Of a DNA stretch of 64,000 nucleotides, positions 35,070 through 45,535 are shown in pieces. How positions within the stretch are numbered: position 1 is the first letter of the stretch; every line of letters starts with the position of its first letter. A program made the translations under genes and the position numbers. Source of the DNA: Minisyncoccota bacterium (GTDB lineage Bacteria > Patescibacteriota > Minisyncoccia > JBAYJV01). Under the pieces are notes generated by a model, which ran no database searches, was not told where the DNA came from, and worked only from the letters and a program-made list of their open reading frames with translations. The stretch is from NCBI GenBank assembly GCA_041664925.1, contig JBAYJV010000002.1, forward strand, positions 200,302-264,301, given 5' to 3'.

Positions 35070-37535
35070 ATGGAGGAAAAAAAAGACAAGTTTCTTATCT
35101 GGTTCAAAGATCTTTCGATTGAAGATACGCCTTTGGTTGGTGGAAAGAACGCTGCCTTGGGAGAAATGTATGGAAGCTTAACTAAGTTAGGAATTAATAT
35201 CCCTAATGGTTTTGCCTTAACTTCAAAAGCTTATTGGCATTTTCTTAATTCAAGCGGCATTAAAACTGAGATTGAAAATGTTTTGACGGGATTAGATCAT
35301 AACGACATTCCTGATCTTCAAAGAAGGGGAGAGAAAATCAGACAGATTATTTTGGATGCAGAACTTCCACAAGATCTTAAGGATATTATTAAAGAAGCTT
35401 ATCTTGAATTATCAAGTAGTGGCGGAAAAGATGTTGCCGTTAGATCATCAGCAACAGCCGAGGATCTTCCCACGGCTTCATTTGCTGGTCAGCAAGAAAC
35501 ATTTTTAAATATTAGAGGGGTTGAAGCAGTAGTCTACGCCACTAAGAGATGCATTGCTTCTTTATTCACTAATCGAGCAATTTCTTATAGGGCTGATCAA
35601 GGATTTTCTCAAACCTCAGTGGCTTTGAGCGTTGGTGTTCAAAAAATGATTCGTTCAGACAAGGGCGCATCGGGCGTTAATTTCACTATTGATCCTGAAA
35701 CGGGACTCAAAAATATAATTTACATAACAAGCACTTGGGGTCTTGGAGAGACAATTGTTCAAGGACGAGTTGAAGGAGATCAGTTTTATGTTTTCAAAGA
35801 CGGCCTAAAGAAAGGGTTCCGCGCTATTGTTTCTAAAAAAATGGGGTCAAAGGAAAGAAAATTAGTTTATGATGAAGGAGGAGGAAAGCATACAAAAGAA
35901 GTTTCGGTAGAAAAATCAGATCGAGAAAAATTTACGCTTTCAGATGACGAAATTATCCAACTCGCAAAATGGTCATTAATGATTGAGGAGCACTTTACCA
36001 AGCACGCCAAAGAAGAACGACCGATGGATATTGAATGGGCAAAAGATGGTATTACTGGAGAAATTTTTATTGTTCAGGCTCGTCCCGAAACTGTTCAATC
36101 ACAAAAAAGTATAAATAGTTTTTCAAATTATTATTTCCCGATACAACCACCAAAGAAAGATTTGATTGTTACGGGAGATGCTATTGGTAGTAAAATTACC
36201 AGCGGCAGTCCTCGTATTATTAAAGGCATTGAGGGAATCAATCAGTTCCGAAAAGGAGAAATTTTAGTTACCGAAATGACCGATCCAGATTGGGAACCAA
36301 TTATGAAAGAGGCGGCAGCGATCATTACTAATAAAGGTGGCCGCACTTCTCATGCAGCGATTGTTTCTCGCGAACTTGGTATTCCGGCCGTTGTCGGCAC
36401 AGGAAATGCTACAGAATTAATCAAAGATGGATCGACAATTACCGTTGATTGTTCGAGTCCTGATATCGGAAAAATCTATAAAGGAAAACACGAATTCAGC
36501 GAACAAAAATATGAGCTTAAAAAAATCCCAAAAACAGAAACTAAGCTTATGCTGAATATTGGCTCGCCAGATCAAGCTTTGATTTATCATTCATTGCCGG
36601 TTCAAGGTGTCGGCTTGGCGCGAGAAGAATTTATTATTGCTTCAGAAATAAAAATTCACCCAATGGCATTAATTCAGTATGAAAAAATTAAGTCTGAAGC
36701 CAAAAGCACGAAATCGGATATAAATAAGGAATACAAGACCAATAAATCAACCCTCAAAAAAATCATTAAAGAGATTGATGAATTGACAAAAGATTACAGC
36801 GATAAGAAAGAATATTATATCAATAAACTTGCATCAGGGGTTGCAAAAATCGGAGTTGCCTTTTGGCCAAGACCAGTAATTGTAAGATTTTCCGACTTCA
36901 AAACTAACGAATATCGTACCCTGATTGGCGGAGAAATTTTTGAACCAGCTGAAGAAAATCCTATGATTGGCTGGCGTGGCGCTTCAAGATACTATTCTCC
37001 AAACTTTGAAGAAGCATTTGGCCTAGAAGTAAAAGCGATTAAAAGAGTTCGCGAAGAAATTGGACTAGATAATGTCAATGTTATGGTGCCATTTTGCCGC
37101 ACACCTGAAGAAGGAAATAAAGTGGTTAAGCTTATTGAGAAATACGGACTTGAAAGAAAAAATCTTAAGGTTTATGTAATGTGCGAAATACCTTCAAATG
37201 TTATTCAAGCTTACGAATTTCTTGAAATATTTGATGGATTTTCTATCGGTTCAAACGATTTAGCGCAATTAACTCTTGGTATTGATCGAGATAATGCAAC
37301 TCTTTCTGGGATTGCTAATGAGAATAATGATTCAGTTAAAGAATTGGTTCGCATTGCTATTTCTGTTGCCAGAGAACAAAAGAAATATTCTGGTATTTGC
37401 GGTCAAGCGCCGAGCGATTTTCCAGACTTTGCTGAATTCCTGGTAAAAAACAAAATTGAATCCATCTCTCTTAATCCCGATACGGTAGTGCCTTTGATTG
37501 AAAAAGTCGCAAAGTGGGAAAAGAAATACTATTAG
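35070..37535 (+). CDS. ppsA: Phosphoenolpyruvate synthase (pyruvate, water dikinase)
   Basis: ATP-grasp N-domain; phosphohistidine motif GGRTSHAAIVSRELGIPAVVG; C-terminal PEP-utilising TIM barrel. Confidence 0.9.
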   Translation: MEEKKDKFLIWFKDLSIEDTPLVGGKNAALGEMYGSLTKLGINIPNGFALTSKAYWHFLNSSGIKTEIENVLTGLDHNDIPDLQRRGEKIRQIILDAELPQDLKDIIKEAYLELSSSGGKDVAVRSSATAEDLPTASFAGQQETFLNIRGVEAVVYATKRCIASLFTNRAISYRADQGFSQTSVALSVGVQKMIRSDKGASGVNFTIDPETGLKNIIYITSTWGLGETIVQGRVEGDQFYVFKDGLKKGFRAIVSKKMGSKERKLVYDEGGGKHTKEVSVEKSDREKFTLSDDEIIQLAKWSLMIEEHFTKHAKEERPMDIEWAKDGITGEIFIVQARPETVQSQKSINSFSNYYFPIQPPKKDLIVTGDAIGSKITSGSPRIIKGIEGINQFRKGEILVTEMTDPDWEPIMKEAAAIITNKGGRTSHAAIVSRELGIPAVVGTGNATELIKDGSTITVDCSSPDIGKIYKGKHEFSEQKYELKKIPKTETKLMLNIGSPDQALIYHSLPVQGVGLAREEFIIASEIKIHPMALIQYEKIKSEAKSTKSDINKEYKTNKSTLKKIIKEIDELTKDYSDKKEYYINKLASGVAKIGVAFWPRPVIVRFSDFKTNEYRTLIGGEIFEPAEENPMIGWRGASRYYSPNFEEAFGLEVKAIKRVREEIGLDNVNVMVPFCRTPEEGNKVVKLIEKYGLERKNLKVYVMCEIPSNVIQAYEFLEIFDGFSIGSNDLAQLTLGIDRDNATLSGIANENNDSVKELVRIAISVAREQKKYSGICGQAPSDFPDFAEFLVKNKIESISLNPDTVVPLIEKVAKWEKKYY

Positions 37536-37586
37536 GCAATATTCAATTATCAACTATCAATTTTCGACCAATGGTAATATTTACTG

Positions 37587-37685
37587 AGGTCCGACTTCAA
37601 TAAATTCGAATGTCATTTTGAGTAGCTTGATTGATTCAATAAACTCACAACAAGCAAGCTCACTATAAATTCTGCGAAGAATCCT
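37587..37685. repeat. Partial MITE family 2 copy (left half)
   Basis: GGTCCGACTTCAATAAATTCGAATGTCATTTTGAG...ATAAACTCAC...CTCACTATAAATTCTGCGAAGAATCCT abuts the ATG of 37686. Confidence 0.45.
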
Positions 37686-38213
37686 ATGAGAAAAATAAGT
37701 ATAAAAAATATAATTCTTACCGTAGTAGTTTGTTTGCTGTTTTTTGTTGTAATTATAATCATGGCAAGTCGCCCGGGGTCAAGAAGTCGCGCTCGTGATA
37801 GTCGAAGGGTTTCTGATGTTCGTCAGATTGAATTGGCGCTTGAACTCTATTATGCCGCCCATCTCCAATATCCAGAAGTATCGACCTCAGGCCTTGCGAC
37901 CCTTGCTACCGAAGGATTTCTTAATATGAGCGGTTTTCCAACAGATCCGACAACTAGAAATCCTTATTGCTATGCCGTTGGGAAAGACCTAGCTCTTGAT
38001 CAGGGACAATATTATCACGTTGGTGCTAGACTTGAAAACAAAGACAGCGATATGCTGACTCAAGATGCAGATAATAATACTCAAAACTCAGCCAATATAA
38101 TTTGGAATTGGAATCAAAGTCCAGATTGTGGGACAAATCCGGCAAATTCAAATTTTAACGGAACAGACTCAAAAAAATCACCAATTTATGATCGTGGAGT
38201 GTTTCCAAAATAA
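37686..38213 (+). CDS. Type IV pilin/pseudopilin-like protein
   Basis: N-terminal hydrophobic helix followed by ARDSRRVSDVRQIELALELYY, the pilin alpha1 signature. Confidence 0.4.
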   Translation: MRKISIKNIILTVVVCLLFFVVIIIMASRPGSRSRARDSRRVSDVRQIELALELYYAAHLQYPEVSTSGLATLATEGFLNMSGFPTDPTTRNPYCYAVGKDLALDQGQYYHVGARLENKDSDMLTQDADNNTQNSANIIWNWNQSPDCGTNPANSNFNGTDSKKSPIYDRGVFPK

Positions 38214-38232
38214 TAATTTACCAATTTAAAAT

Positions 38233-39129
38233 ATGGAAGAAGTAAAAATTTATAAACTACCAGTAACAATTGACCTGATGAAGTCTGCTTGGAAAGATTA
38301 CAAAAAAAACTGGCGAAAATTGGTACCCATTTCAGTTTTAGTTGTTATATTGGGGTATCTTTTTAATTTTCTTGATTTTTATTTTGTCCAAAATCTCATC
38401 CCTGTAGCTACTTACATTATTCAAGCAATTTTTTGGATTATTTCCAGTTTCCTTATGACTCTTGGCGCAGTTGTTTTTATTAGGGTTTTGTCGGGCAAAA
38501 AGGAAAGTATTGAAAAAATTATAAAGAAAGATTTTTCATTAATAGCGCTTTTGTTTTTAATGAAAATTGCCATGAATTTTATTATTGCCGGATCTTTTAT
38601 TCCTTTAGTTATTCCTGGTATTATCTTAGTAATTGCTTTTTCGTTTTTTTCCTTTATTGTTATTCTAGAAAGAAAAAATTGGATAGAAGGATTACTCAGA
38701 AGCAGCGACATGACAAAAGGCTTCAGGTGGGAAATATTTGGCAGATATTTTATGTTCTTTTTGTGGATGCTCTTATTTAGTTTGCCGTTCTTTATACTGT
38801 CAGATTTCTTTTCCGCAATGTTTGGTGTTCCTGAAATAAGAACTATCGCGCCTATTATCATTACTTCTTTGACATTTCCTTTTTCTATAGGATTTACTCT
38901 AAAGATGTACGATGAATTCAGCAAGATAAAACCAAAGAATCAGTTCAAGCCATCTCAAAAAGGAAAGAATTGGTATACTTTTTTCTTGATTTGGGGAGTT
39001 GTACTTTTTTTGATTGTTGCTGTTGGAAGATTTACTTATCCGAATAAAAAAATTTTTGATGAAAATTTTCTAAGAGAAAAATTTAATATTGAATTTAGCG
39101 AACCAATTGATAATATAAAATCTATTTAA
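38233..39129 (+). CDS. Polytopic membrane protein, unknown function
   Basis: At least six hydrophobic segments. Confidence 0.45.
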   Translation: MEEVKIYKLPVTIDLMKSAWKDYKKNWRKLVPISVLVVILGYLFNFLDFYFVQNLIPVATYIIQAIFWIISSFLMTLGAVVFIRVLSGKKESIEKIIKKDFSLIALLFLMKIAMNFIIAGSFIPLVIPGIILVIAFSFFSFIVILERKNWIEGLLRSSDMTKGFRWEIFGRYFMFFLWMLLFSLPFFILSDFFSAMFGVPEIRTIAPIIITSLTFPFSIGFTLKMYDEFSKIKPKNQFKPSQKGKNWYTFFLIWGVVLFLIVAVGRFTYPNKKIFDENFLREKFNIEFSEPIDNIKSI

Positions 39130-39147
39130 TCGTATTGTTAGCAAAAA

Positions 39148-39675
39148 ATGAAAAAGGTTTTACTTATTGTTTCAAAAGAAGATTTTAGGGACGAAGAATA
39201 TTTCCAAACAAAGGAAGTTCTGGAAGACGAAGGTCTTTTTGTAGAAACCGCTAGCAACGCACCTAATACAGCTTTTGGAGTTAGCGGGGGAGAAGCTAGG
39301 ATAGATATTGATTTAAGTGAAGTAGAAGCAAAAAATTTTGACGCTGTTGTTTTTATCGGAGGACCTGGCGCGTTAAAACACCTCGACAATGAAACATCTT
39401 ATAAAATTGCCACCGATGTTATTGATTTGGGGAATATCTTAGCAGCTATTTGTATTGCTCCTGTTATTTTGGCAAAAGCAGGGGTTCTCAAGGAAAAGCG
39501 CGCAACGGTTTGGTCGTCAGAAATGGATAAATCCGCCGTCAAAATCATTGAAAAATGCGGCGCTATTTTTGTTGACGAAGAAATTGTCGAAGATGGAAAT
39601 GTTATTACCGCAAACGGTCCAGAGGCTTCTCAAGAATTTGGATCAGTGATTGTAGAAAAATTAGTTCAAATATGA
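39148..39675 (+). CDS. DJ-1/PfpI family protein
   Basis: Class I glutamine-amidotransferase-like fold with nucleophile elbow AAICIAP. Confidence 0.75.
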   Translation: MKKVLLIVSKEDFRDEEYFQTKEVLEDEGLFVETASNAPNTAFGVSGGEARIDIDLSEVEAKNFDAVVFIGGPGALKHLDNETSYKIATDVIDLGNILAAICIAPVILAKAGVLKEKRATVWSSEMDKSAVKIIEKCGAIFVDEEIVEDGNVITANGPEASQEFGSVIVEKLVQI

Positions 39676-40874
39676 AAATAAAAGATATAAGAGTTAGTAT
39701 TATAAAAAATTCTCGCAATGAAGATGCGCTTGAAGTTGAGTTATTAAATGATTCAGGATTATCGGTTATCGCCTCTGTTCCTCAAGGAGCAAGTACTGGA
39801 GAAAGAGAAGCGATATCTTTGTCAGCAGAAAATGCCATTGAAAAAATCAATGGTATTGTTGTTCCCGAGATCAAGGAAAAATCATTTGAGTCACAAGACG
39901 AGTTTGATGATCTTTTGTGTGAATTAGATGGCACAAATAACAAATCACGACTGGGAGCAAATGCTACCCTAGTTTTGTCTTTGGCATTTGCAAGATTGTT
40001 GGCAAAATTTAATAATCAGGAACTTTATGAATATATCGCAGAAATAACTCACTCAAAACCAAGTCTGCCAGCTTTTTATGCAAATATAATTGAAGGCGGA
40101 AAACATGCAAAAAATAATCTTGATTGGCAGGAATATTTAATTGTTGTCAAAGATTCGTCTGCGGAAAATCAATTAAAAATAGCAAAAGATGTTTTTGAAA
40201 ATATTGGAAATAAAGTAAAAACGCTATCCGACAGTATATCTTTTAGCGATGAAGGCGCTTATGATTTAAATTTTGAAAATAACACGGCTCCACTTGAATT
40301 AATTAATTCATCGATTAAAGAACTTGACCTCGAAGGTAAGGTAATGCTAGCCTTAGATGTTGCAGCCGATAGTTTCTATAAAAACAATGAATATACAATT
40401 GACGGAAGTCCGACTTCCGTCAATTCATTGACAAATATATATAATGATGTTGTAAATAAATATCCAGTTGTTTCGATTGAAGATCCATATGAAGAGAATG
40501 ACTTTGAACATTATGCGACATTAAATACTGTTTTAAATGATAAAAACATATTCATAGTTGGAGACGATCTGACTACAACAAATACGGTCTATATAGAAAA
40601 AGCTGTTTTAATGAACTCAATTAGCGGGATCATTATTAAACCAAACCAGATTGGCACATTAACAGAAACATTAGAAGCAATAAAAATTGCCAAGGAAAAT
40701 AATTTAAAAATCATTGTGTCTCACAGATCAGGAGAAACAGAAGATAGTTTCATTGCGGATCTTGCTTATGGTATCGGCGCTTACGGGCTCAAGGCAGGAG
40801 CGCCATCGCCAAAGGAAAGACTGGCAAAATATGATCGTATTATAGAAATAGATAAAATTCAGTATAATTTATAA
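39672..40874 (+). CDS. eno: Enolase (divergent)
   Basis: Signature IVSHRSGETEDSFIADLA and N-terminal SASTGEREA. Confidence 0.8.
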   Translation: MKIKDIRVSIIKNSRNEDALEVELLNDSGLSVIASVPQGASTGEREAISLSAENAIEKINGIVVPEIKEKSFESQDEFDDLLCELDGTNNKSRLGANATLVLSLAFARLLAKFNNQELYEYIAEITHSKPSLPAFYANIIEGGKHAKNNLDWQEYLIVVKDSSAENQLKIAKDVFENIGNKVKTLSDSISFSDEGAYDLNFENNTAPLELINSSIKELDLEGKVMLALDVAADSFYKNNEYTIDGSPTSVNSLTNIYNDVVNKYPVVSIEDPYEENDFEHYATLNTVLNDKNIFIVGDDLTTTNTVYIEKAVLMNSISGIIIKPNQIGTLTETLEAIKIAKENNLKIIVSHRSGETEDSFIADLAYGIGAYGLKAGAPSPKERLAKYDRIIEIDKIQYNL

Positions 40875-40876
40875 AA

Positions 40877-41809
40877 ATGATACCCATAATTATTCCGCCC
40901 AAAGAAAACGATGACAGCGAAAATGATCTCCAGGATCTTTGGGCTTCTAAATCTAAAAATATCAACGAATCCATAAAAATAAAAAATTCGTTTGTCAGTA
41001 TTATTATTTTTTTAGTAATACTTTTTTCATTTGTGTCTAAATTTAACATGCCTTTTATTTACATCGTTATAATCGTTCTTGTTTTTGGAATTCTTATTTC
41101 GATTAAGCAAATTAACCAATATGAAAGAGGAGTTAGGTTCACATTAGGAAAATACAGCGGTCTTATGAACCCCGGTTGGCGCCTGGTTATTCCGATTTTT
41201 CAGTCATATCAAAAAGTTGATATTCGAGTTAAGGCCGTTGATGTTCCAGATCAAGAAACAATTACTAAAGACAATATTTCGACAAAAGTCAATGCTGTAA
41301 TTTATTATCGTGTTTCTTCAGCCGAAAAAGTTATTTTGGAAGTTCAAGATTTTCGCTACGCTGTTTCGCAACTAGCTCAGACAACTATGAGAAATGCCGT
41401 CGGTGAAGTTGAGCTCGACGAGCTTTTATCGCAACGGGAAAAAGTCGCTGAAAAAATTAGAGCTGTCGTTGATAAAGCAACAGAACCTTGGGGAATAGAA
41501 GTTGATTCCGTTGAATTAAAAGATATTGTTTTGCCTGAGGAAATGAAACGCGTTATCGGTAAACAAGCTGAAGCTGAGAGAGAAAAAAGATCTGTTATTA
41601 TTAGAGCAGAGGGAGAAGTTGTCGCTGCCAAAAATATGGCTATAGCAGCAGATACTCTTTCTAGCTCAGCTGGCGGTCTACATTTAAGAACATTGGCAAC
41701 AATTAATGACGTGAGCTCAGATCAATCCAATACAATTATATTTGCTATTCCACTTGAAATTCTAAAGGCCTTTTCTGGATTCAATGCTAACGAAAAAGAC
41801 AAAAAGTGA
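40877..41809 (+). CDS. SPFH/band-7 (stomatin/HflKC-like) membrane protein
   Basis: N-terminal TM then SPFH domain IKQINQYERGVRFTLGKY...VDIRV. Confidence 0.8.
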   Translation: MIPIIIPPKENDDSENDLQDLWASKSKNINESIKIKNSFVSIIIFLVILFSFVSKFNMPFIYIVIIVLVFGILISIKQINQYERGVRFTLGKYSGLMNPGWRLVIPIFQSYQKVDIRVKAVDVPDQETITKDNISTKVNAVIYYRVSSAEKVILEVQDFRYAVSQLAQTTMRNAVGEVELDELLSQREKVAEKIRAVVDKATEPWGIEVDSVELKDIVLPEEMKRVIGKQAEAEREKRSVIIRAEGEVVAAKNMAIAADTLSSSAGGLHLRTLATINDVSSDQSNTIIFAIPLEILKAFSGFNANEKDKK

Positions 41810-41892
41810 TCAGCTACTAGAAAAAGTGATTGTTTTAGATAGAATAAGATTGGAATAAAATAATACATCCTAAAAAAACAATAATCAGTTCT

Positions 41893-42594
41893 ATGAAAGC
41901 CATAATTCTCGCTGCGGGAAGAGGGGTAAGAATGAGACCATATACTCATTTAACCCCAAAACCGCTTTTAAAAATAAACGGGAAACGCATTATTGATCAT
42001 ACCTTAAGTATTCTTCCTCAAGAAGTAGATGAGATTATTATTGTTGTTGGGCATAGAAAATGGCGAATTAAAAAGTATTTAGGAAACTCTTATAAGGGAA
42101 AAAAAATTACCTACATCTCGCAAAAAGACAAGAAAGGCACTGCTCATGCTCTCTATCTTTGCAAGCCTTATTTAAGAAAAAAAGAGAAGTTTTTGATAGT
42201 TTTTGGCGATGATATTTATACAGAAAAAGATCTCAAAAGGTGTATCCAATATCCATTATCTATTTTGGCAGCTGAAGTTGAAAATCCTAGCGCTTTTGGA
42301 GTATTAAAGTTTAATAAAGATCGCCACCTCGAAGAAATTATTGAAAAACCCAAAGATAATCCTCCGAGCAATTTAGTTGTTTGCGGTGTTTTTGTTCTTA
42401 GTCATAAAATTTTCAAATACAGAATGCAGGCAATCGATAATAAAGAATTTGGCTTGCCCCAAACTATTATGAAAATGGCGAAAAAACATCCGATTAAAAT
42501 AATCAAAGCTTCTTTTTGGTTGCCCATTGGCTATCCAAAAGATTTAAAAAAAGCTAAAGAAGTTATGTTCGCCAACAATAATAATATTTCCTGA
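41893..42594 (+). CDS. Sugar-phosphate nucleotidyltransferase
   Basis: MKAIILAAGRGVRMRP...KPLL G-rich NTP-binding motif. Confidence 0.8.
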   Translation: MKAIILAAGRGVRMRPYTHLTPKPLLKINGKRIIDHTLSILPQEVDEIIIVVGHRKWRIKKYLGNSYKGKKITYISQKDKKGTAHALYLCKPYLRKKEKFLIVFGDDIYTEKDLKRCIQYPLSILAAEVENPSAFGVLKFNKDRHLEEIIEKPKDNPPSNLVVCGVFVLSHKIFKYRMQAIDNKEFGLPQTIMKMAKKHPIKIIKASFWLPIGYPKDLKKAKEVMFANNNNIS

Positions 42595-42630
42595 TTGTTT
42601 TATAAAAAAACTAACAAAGGAGGGGCAACC

Positions 42631-43401
42631 ATGCAATCTGTTGATGAGCAAAAACCAAAAAAGTCCTTTAACATTCTATATGCTTTGCCTGATTTCTTTA
42701 CAGTTCTTCGTATTCCTATTGGCATTGCCATAGCGTTTGTTGGAATATTTTTCGGAAGAAACGGCGTCACAATCGCTTATTGGCTTTTACTCGGCGGTTG
42801 GACAACTGACATTCTTGATGGCAATATTGCGCGCAAAATTGGTAAGAAAAAAACCTGGATAGGTGAACATGATATTCTTTTTGACAGTATCATGCTCCTT
42901 GGTGTGATTTTCTATCTTGGATATGTTGGTTTTATGTCTGTTTTATTAACCGTTGTCTCATTCGTGTTGCTGCTCTTTGTTAACGTTTACCCAAATACTC
43001 GTCATCAAACAAAGTTTTTCGTAGAGTCGCTAATTACCTGTACAACCTTGCCATTTCTTTTTTATCTTTCGCTAAATCCTTTGATAATTGCCGTCACAAT
43101 AGCGTGGGCAACGCTCAACCTCCTTTACGACATAGATCGGGCTATGGTCTTGGGAAAAAAGTGGCAAGACATTTTGGTTAATGTTGGCAAAACACTTAAG
43201 TCCTATTCTTTAAAAACCAATCTCACTTGGTCAATATTGGTTATTGGCATAGGAATCGGAACTGCAATACTCTTATTCAATAACAAAATTCCCTTTTTGT
43301 TCGGAGGAATTATTAAGGGCCTTGCTGTAGTTATGATTTTAATAGCTCTATGGGCTCTGTGGCTTGGCAGAAGAAATCTTCCTAAAAAACCAGAAGAGTA
43401 G
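42631..43401 (+). CDS. CDP-alcohol phosphatidyltransferase family membrane protein
   Basis: Motif DILDGNIARKIGKKKTWIGEHDILFD (D-G-x2-A-R...G-x3-D-x3-D). SD AAAGGAGGGG before ATG at 42631; the ORF track starts upstream at 42595. Confidence 0.65.
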   Translation: MQSVDEQKPKKSFNILYALPDFFTVLRIPIGIAIAFVGIFFGRNGVTIAYWLLLGGWTTDILDGNIARKIGKKKTWIGEHDILFDSIMLLGVIFYLGYVGFMSVLLTVVSFVLLLFVNVYPNTRHQTKFFVESLITCTTLPFLFYLSLNPLIIAVTIAWATLNLLYDIDRAMVLGKKWQDILVNVGKTLKSYSLKTNLTWSILVIGIGIGTAILLFNNKIPFLFGGIIKGLAVVMILIALWALWLGRRNLPKKPEE

Positions 43402-43524
43402 TTTCGCAACTACTCTTCATTTTTAAACAAACATTGAATGATTTTTAGATTCATAGCTTGACATTTATTTTGTAATGATATATGATGTGTTTAGTTCTTG
43501 TTACTACTAAAAGAGGAGGAAGAA

Positions 43525-43908
43525 ATGACCACTAGGTCAAGATCAATGGAAGTTTATCCGAGTGTTCAAAGAATATATCAAGAACACCTTCCGGACAATG
43601 TGACCGCTGTCCAAACAGCCGTAGCTCGAGTACGAAAAGAATTTGAGGGTGGTCAAAAACTCAAGCGTCTTGAAGTCATAATTGGTTTAAGTTTGAGTGA
43701 TTTAGACAGGATCTGGGGTCGATCATATCGTCTCTATATGGATCCTACTGGCGCAGGACAACACCGCTTATATGGATGCCATAGTAATACGATTATGACG
43801 ATTCATTTCATTAACGAAGATAAATTGCAAGTGTTAAAAGAATACAGAAGAAGCATTAAAGAGGAGAGAGAGAATAGAAAAAGACAGGAAGCTGATAATA
43901 GGCTTTGA
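43525..43908 (+). CDS. Hypothetical protein (first gene of accessory island)
   Basis: SD AGAGGAGGAAG; promoter TTGACA-N17-TATGAT at 43458-43486; terminator 43916-43946. Confidence 0.4.
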   Translation: MTTRSRSMEVYPSVQRIYQEHLPDNVTAVQTAVARVRKEFEGGQKLKRLEVIIGLSLSDLDRIWGRSYRLYMDPTGAGQHRLYGCHSNTIMTIHFINEDKLQVLKEYRRSIKEERENRKRQEADNRL

Positions 43909-43973
43909 TTACCCAGCGCCGCCCAAGAAAAAGGGCGGCTTTTTTCTTGACATTAAGCATAAATTAGAGATAA

Positions 43974-44008
43974 CATGGAAATAGAGCAGAGTTTTAAAAA
44001 TTTCCATG
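43974..44008 (+). promoter_or_regulatory. Candidate operator: 9-bp perfect inverted repeat overlapping the GIY-YIG start codon
   Basis: CATGGAAAT-N17-ATTTCCATG; the right arm contains the ATG at 44006. Promoter TTGACA at 43947. Confidence 0.45.
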
Positions 44009-44395
44009 AAAACAAATCCTTCGGTCTTTCTCACTTGGCAGGGTTATTACGATTACGACATAGAAAATGTTGAAAAGTATGTTTTAAAGGAACCTCGTCT
44101 TCCTGGCGTTTATAAAATTGCCGAACTTCAAGAGTTTAGCAGTTTAACGCCATTTTTTATCGGAAAAACCGACGATCTCTATAAAACATTAATGCGCCAT
44201 CTTGGTGATCTTGAAACCAACACTTGCCTTAAAAAGGAGATGAAAGATAAAATTTGTTGTTTTAAGTTTTCTGCCTTAATGAATGAAAAAGAGCAAAACG
44301 ATGTTTTGTTCACAATGTTTGAACATTATCATCCTATCTGTAATAACAAAGACGATATTCCTCCGGCTGACCTAGTTGAAATCAATTTTCAATAA
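44006..44395 (+). CDS. GIY-YIG nuclease-family small protein
   Basis: GVYKI...(12 aa)...FIGKT then R (MRHL) and E (GDLE), the GIY-YIG core. Stop overlaps the next start (TAATGA). Confidence 0.5.
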   Translation: MKTNPSVFLTWQGYYDYDIENVEKYVLKEPRLPGVYKIAELQEFSSLTPFFIGKTDDLYKTLMRHLGDLETNTCLKKEMKDKICCFKFSALMNEKEQNDVLFTMFEHYHPICNNKDDIPPADLVEINFQ

Positions 44396-44634
44396 TGAGA
44401 AAAATAACTCCAAGAGAATATGCTGTTTTCAGCTTCATTAAACAATTTTTAGACGACTACGAAAAAAGTCCCACCAGGCGGGAAATCGGAGAAGCTTTTT
44501 CTATAACAACTCAAGGCGCAGATTATTTTGTTCACCGGCTTATACAGAGAGGTGTTGTTTCACTCAGATCAGATAGTGTTCGAAATATCCGTCCAACTGA
44601 AAAATCATTGGGACGCCAACCTCATCTCTGGTAA
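44395..44634 (+). CDS. LexA-like winged-helix DNA-binding protein (DBD only, no peptidase domain)
   Basis: ITPREYAVFSFIKQFLDDYEKSPTRREIGEAFSI...HRLIQRGVV matches the LexA N-terminal DNA-binding domain. Confidence 0.55.
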   Translation: MRKITPREYAVFSFIKQFLDDYEKSPTRREIGEAFSITTQGADYFVHRLIQRGVVSLRSDSVRNIRPTEKSLGRQPHLW

Positions 44635-44763
44635 TTAATAAATAAGGATTAATATATTCTGATAATAAACGGTATTGTCAGTTTTTTGTTCTCTAAAATT
44701 TGACAAATAATAGTCCATGTGATAAGCTCAAGAAAGTTCTCATAAAAAATACAAGGAGGTAAA

Positions 44764-45423
44764 ATGCCTGAACCAGCTGGTCAGAAAGAAAAAGTCCTAG
44801 TGTTTATCGATGCTGCTAACTTAAGCGCGGCCCAGAACAAAATAGGATTATCAATTAACTTTAGGGCTTTCTCAGATGTTTTGAGAGGTGACGGAGAGTT
44901 TATCGAGAAAGGGTTACGTTTTTACGAGCAAGATGCAATCGGTAAGCAAGGTTTTTTTTCAGCACTCAGAGTGCACGGCTATACTATTATCCCAACGAAA
45001 GAAAGTAATGTTGATGATGCAATTCTAAGAGATATACATTCAATGGCTGCCTTGGCTGACAGAATTGTTCTGGTCAGCGGCGATGAAGATTTTACTGACG
45101 CACTGCTCATGGCTGGAGTTGGAAAAAAAATTCAAGTTTTTTCCATTTCAACGATGGTAGCAGCAAGATTTAGAAACAAACCGTTTGAGTATATCGATCT
45201 CGCTGATTTAGTTGATCAGATTATTGATAAAACAAAGACTAATGAAAGATCTCGAAGAATATATCTCGATCCTTCAGGTCAAACCCTTGAAATTGTTCTT
45301 GGAGATAACAGCACAATCACAATCACTCCAAATCAGAGAAGTGCCAGCGTCCGGATTACTGGGAGCATTCTTTACAAACGCATGCCAGACTGCTTATATA
45401 TCACGGTTAAAGATATAAATTAA
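44764..45423 (+). CDS. NYN-domain (LabA-like, PIN-fold) ribonuclease-family protein
   Basis: VLVFIDAANL ... IVLVSGDEDF NYN signature; SD AAGGAGG; terminator 45463-45495. Confidence 0.7.
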   Translation: MPEPAGQKEKVLVFIDAANLSAAQNKIGLSINFRAFSDVLRGDGEFIEKGLRFYEQDAIGKQGFFSALRVHGYTIIPTKESNVDDAILRDIHSMAALADRIVLVSGDEDFTDALLMAGVGKKIQVFSISTMVAARFRNKPFEYIDLADLVDQIIDKTKTNERSRRIYLDPSGQTLEIVLGDNSTITITPNQRSASVRITGSILYKRMPDCLYITVKDIN

Positions 45424-45535
45424 TTTAGAAATAGTTCAGCTTAAAACTGCCAGTTTAAGATAGTGTCCGCCCAAGAAAAGCGGACACTTTTTTTAATTGT
45501 TTTTGACATTTTGACCCAAAAAGTCAGTAAAACTA

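Noticed and set aside
43975-44067. 30-codon ORF starting at ATG 43975 upstream of the GIY-YIG gene
   Set aside because: It is out of frame with the GIY-YIG ORF and has no SD. The ATG is part of the left arm of the inverted repeat, which is better explained as an operator.
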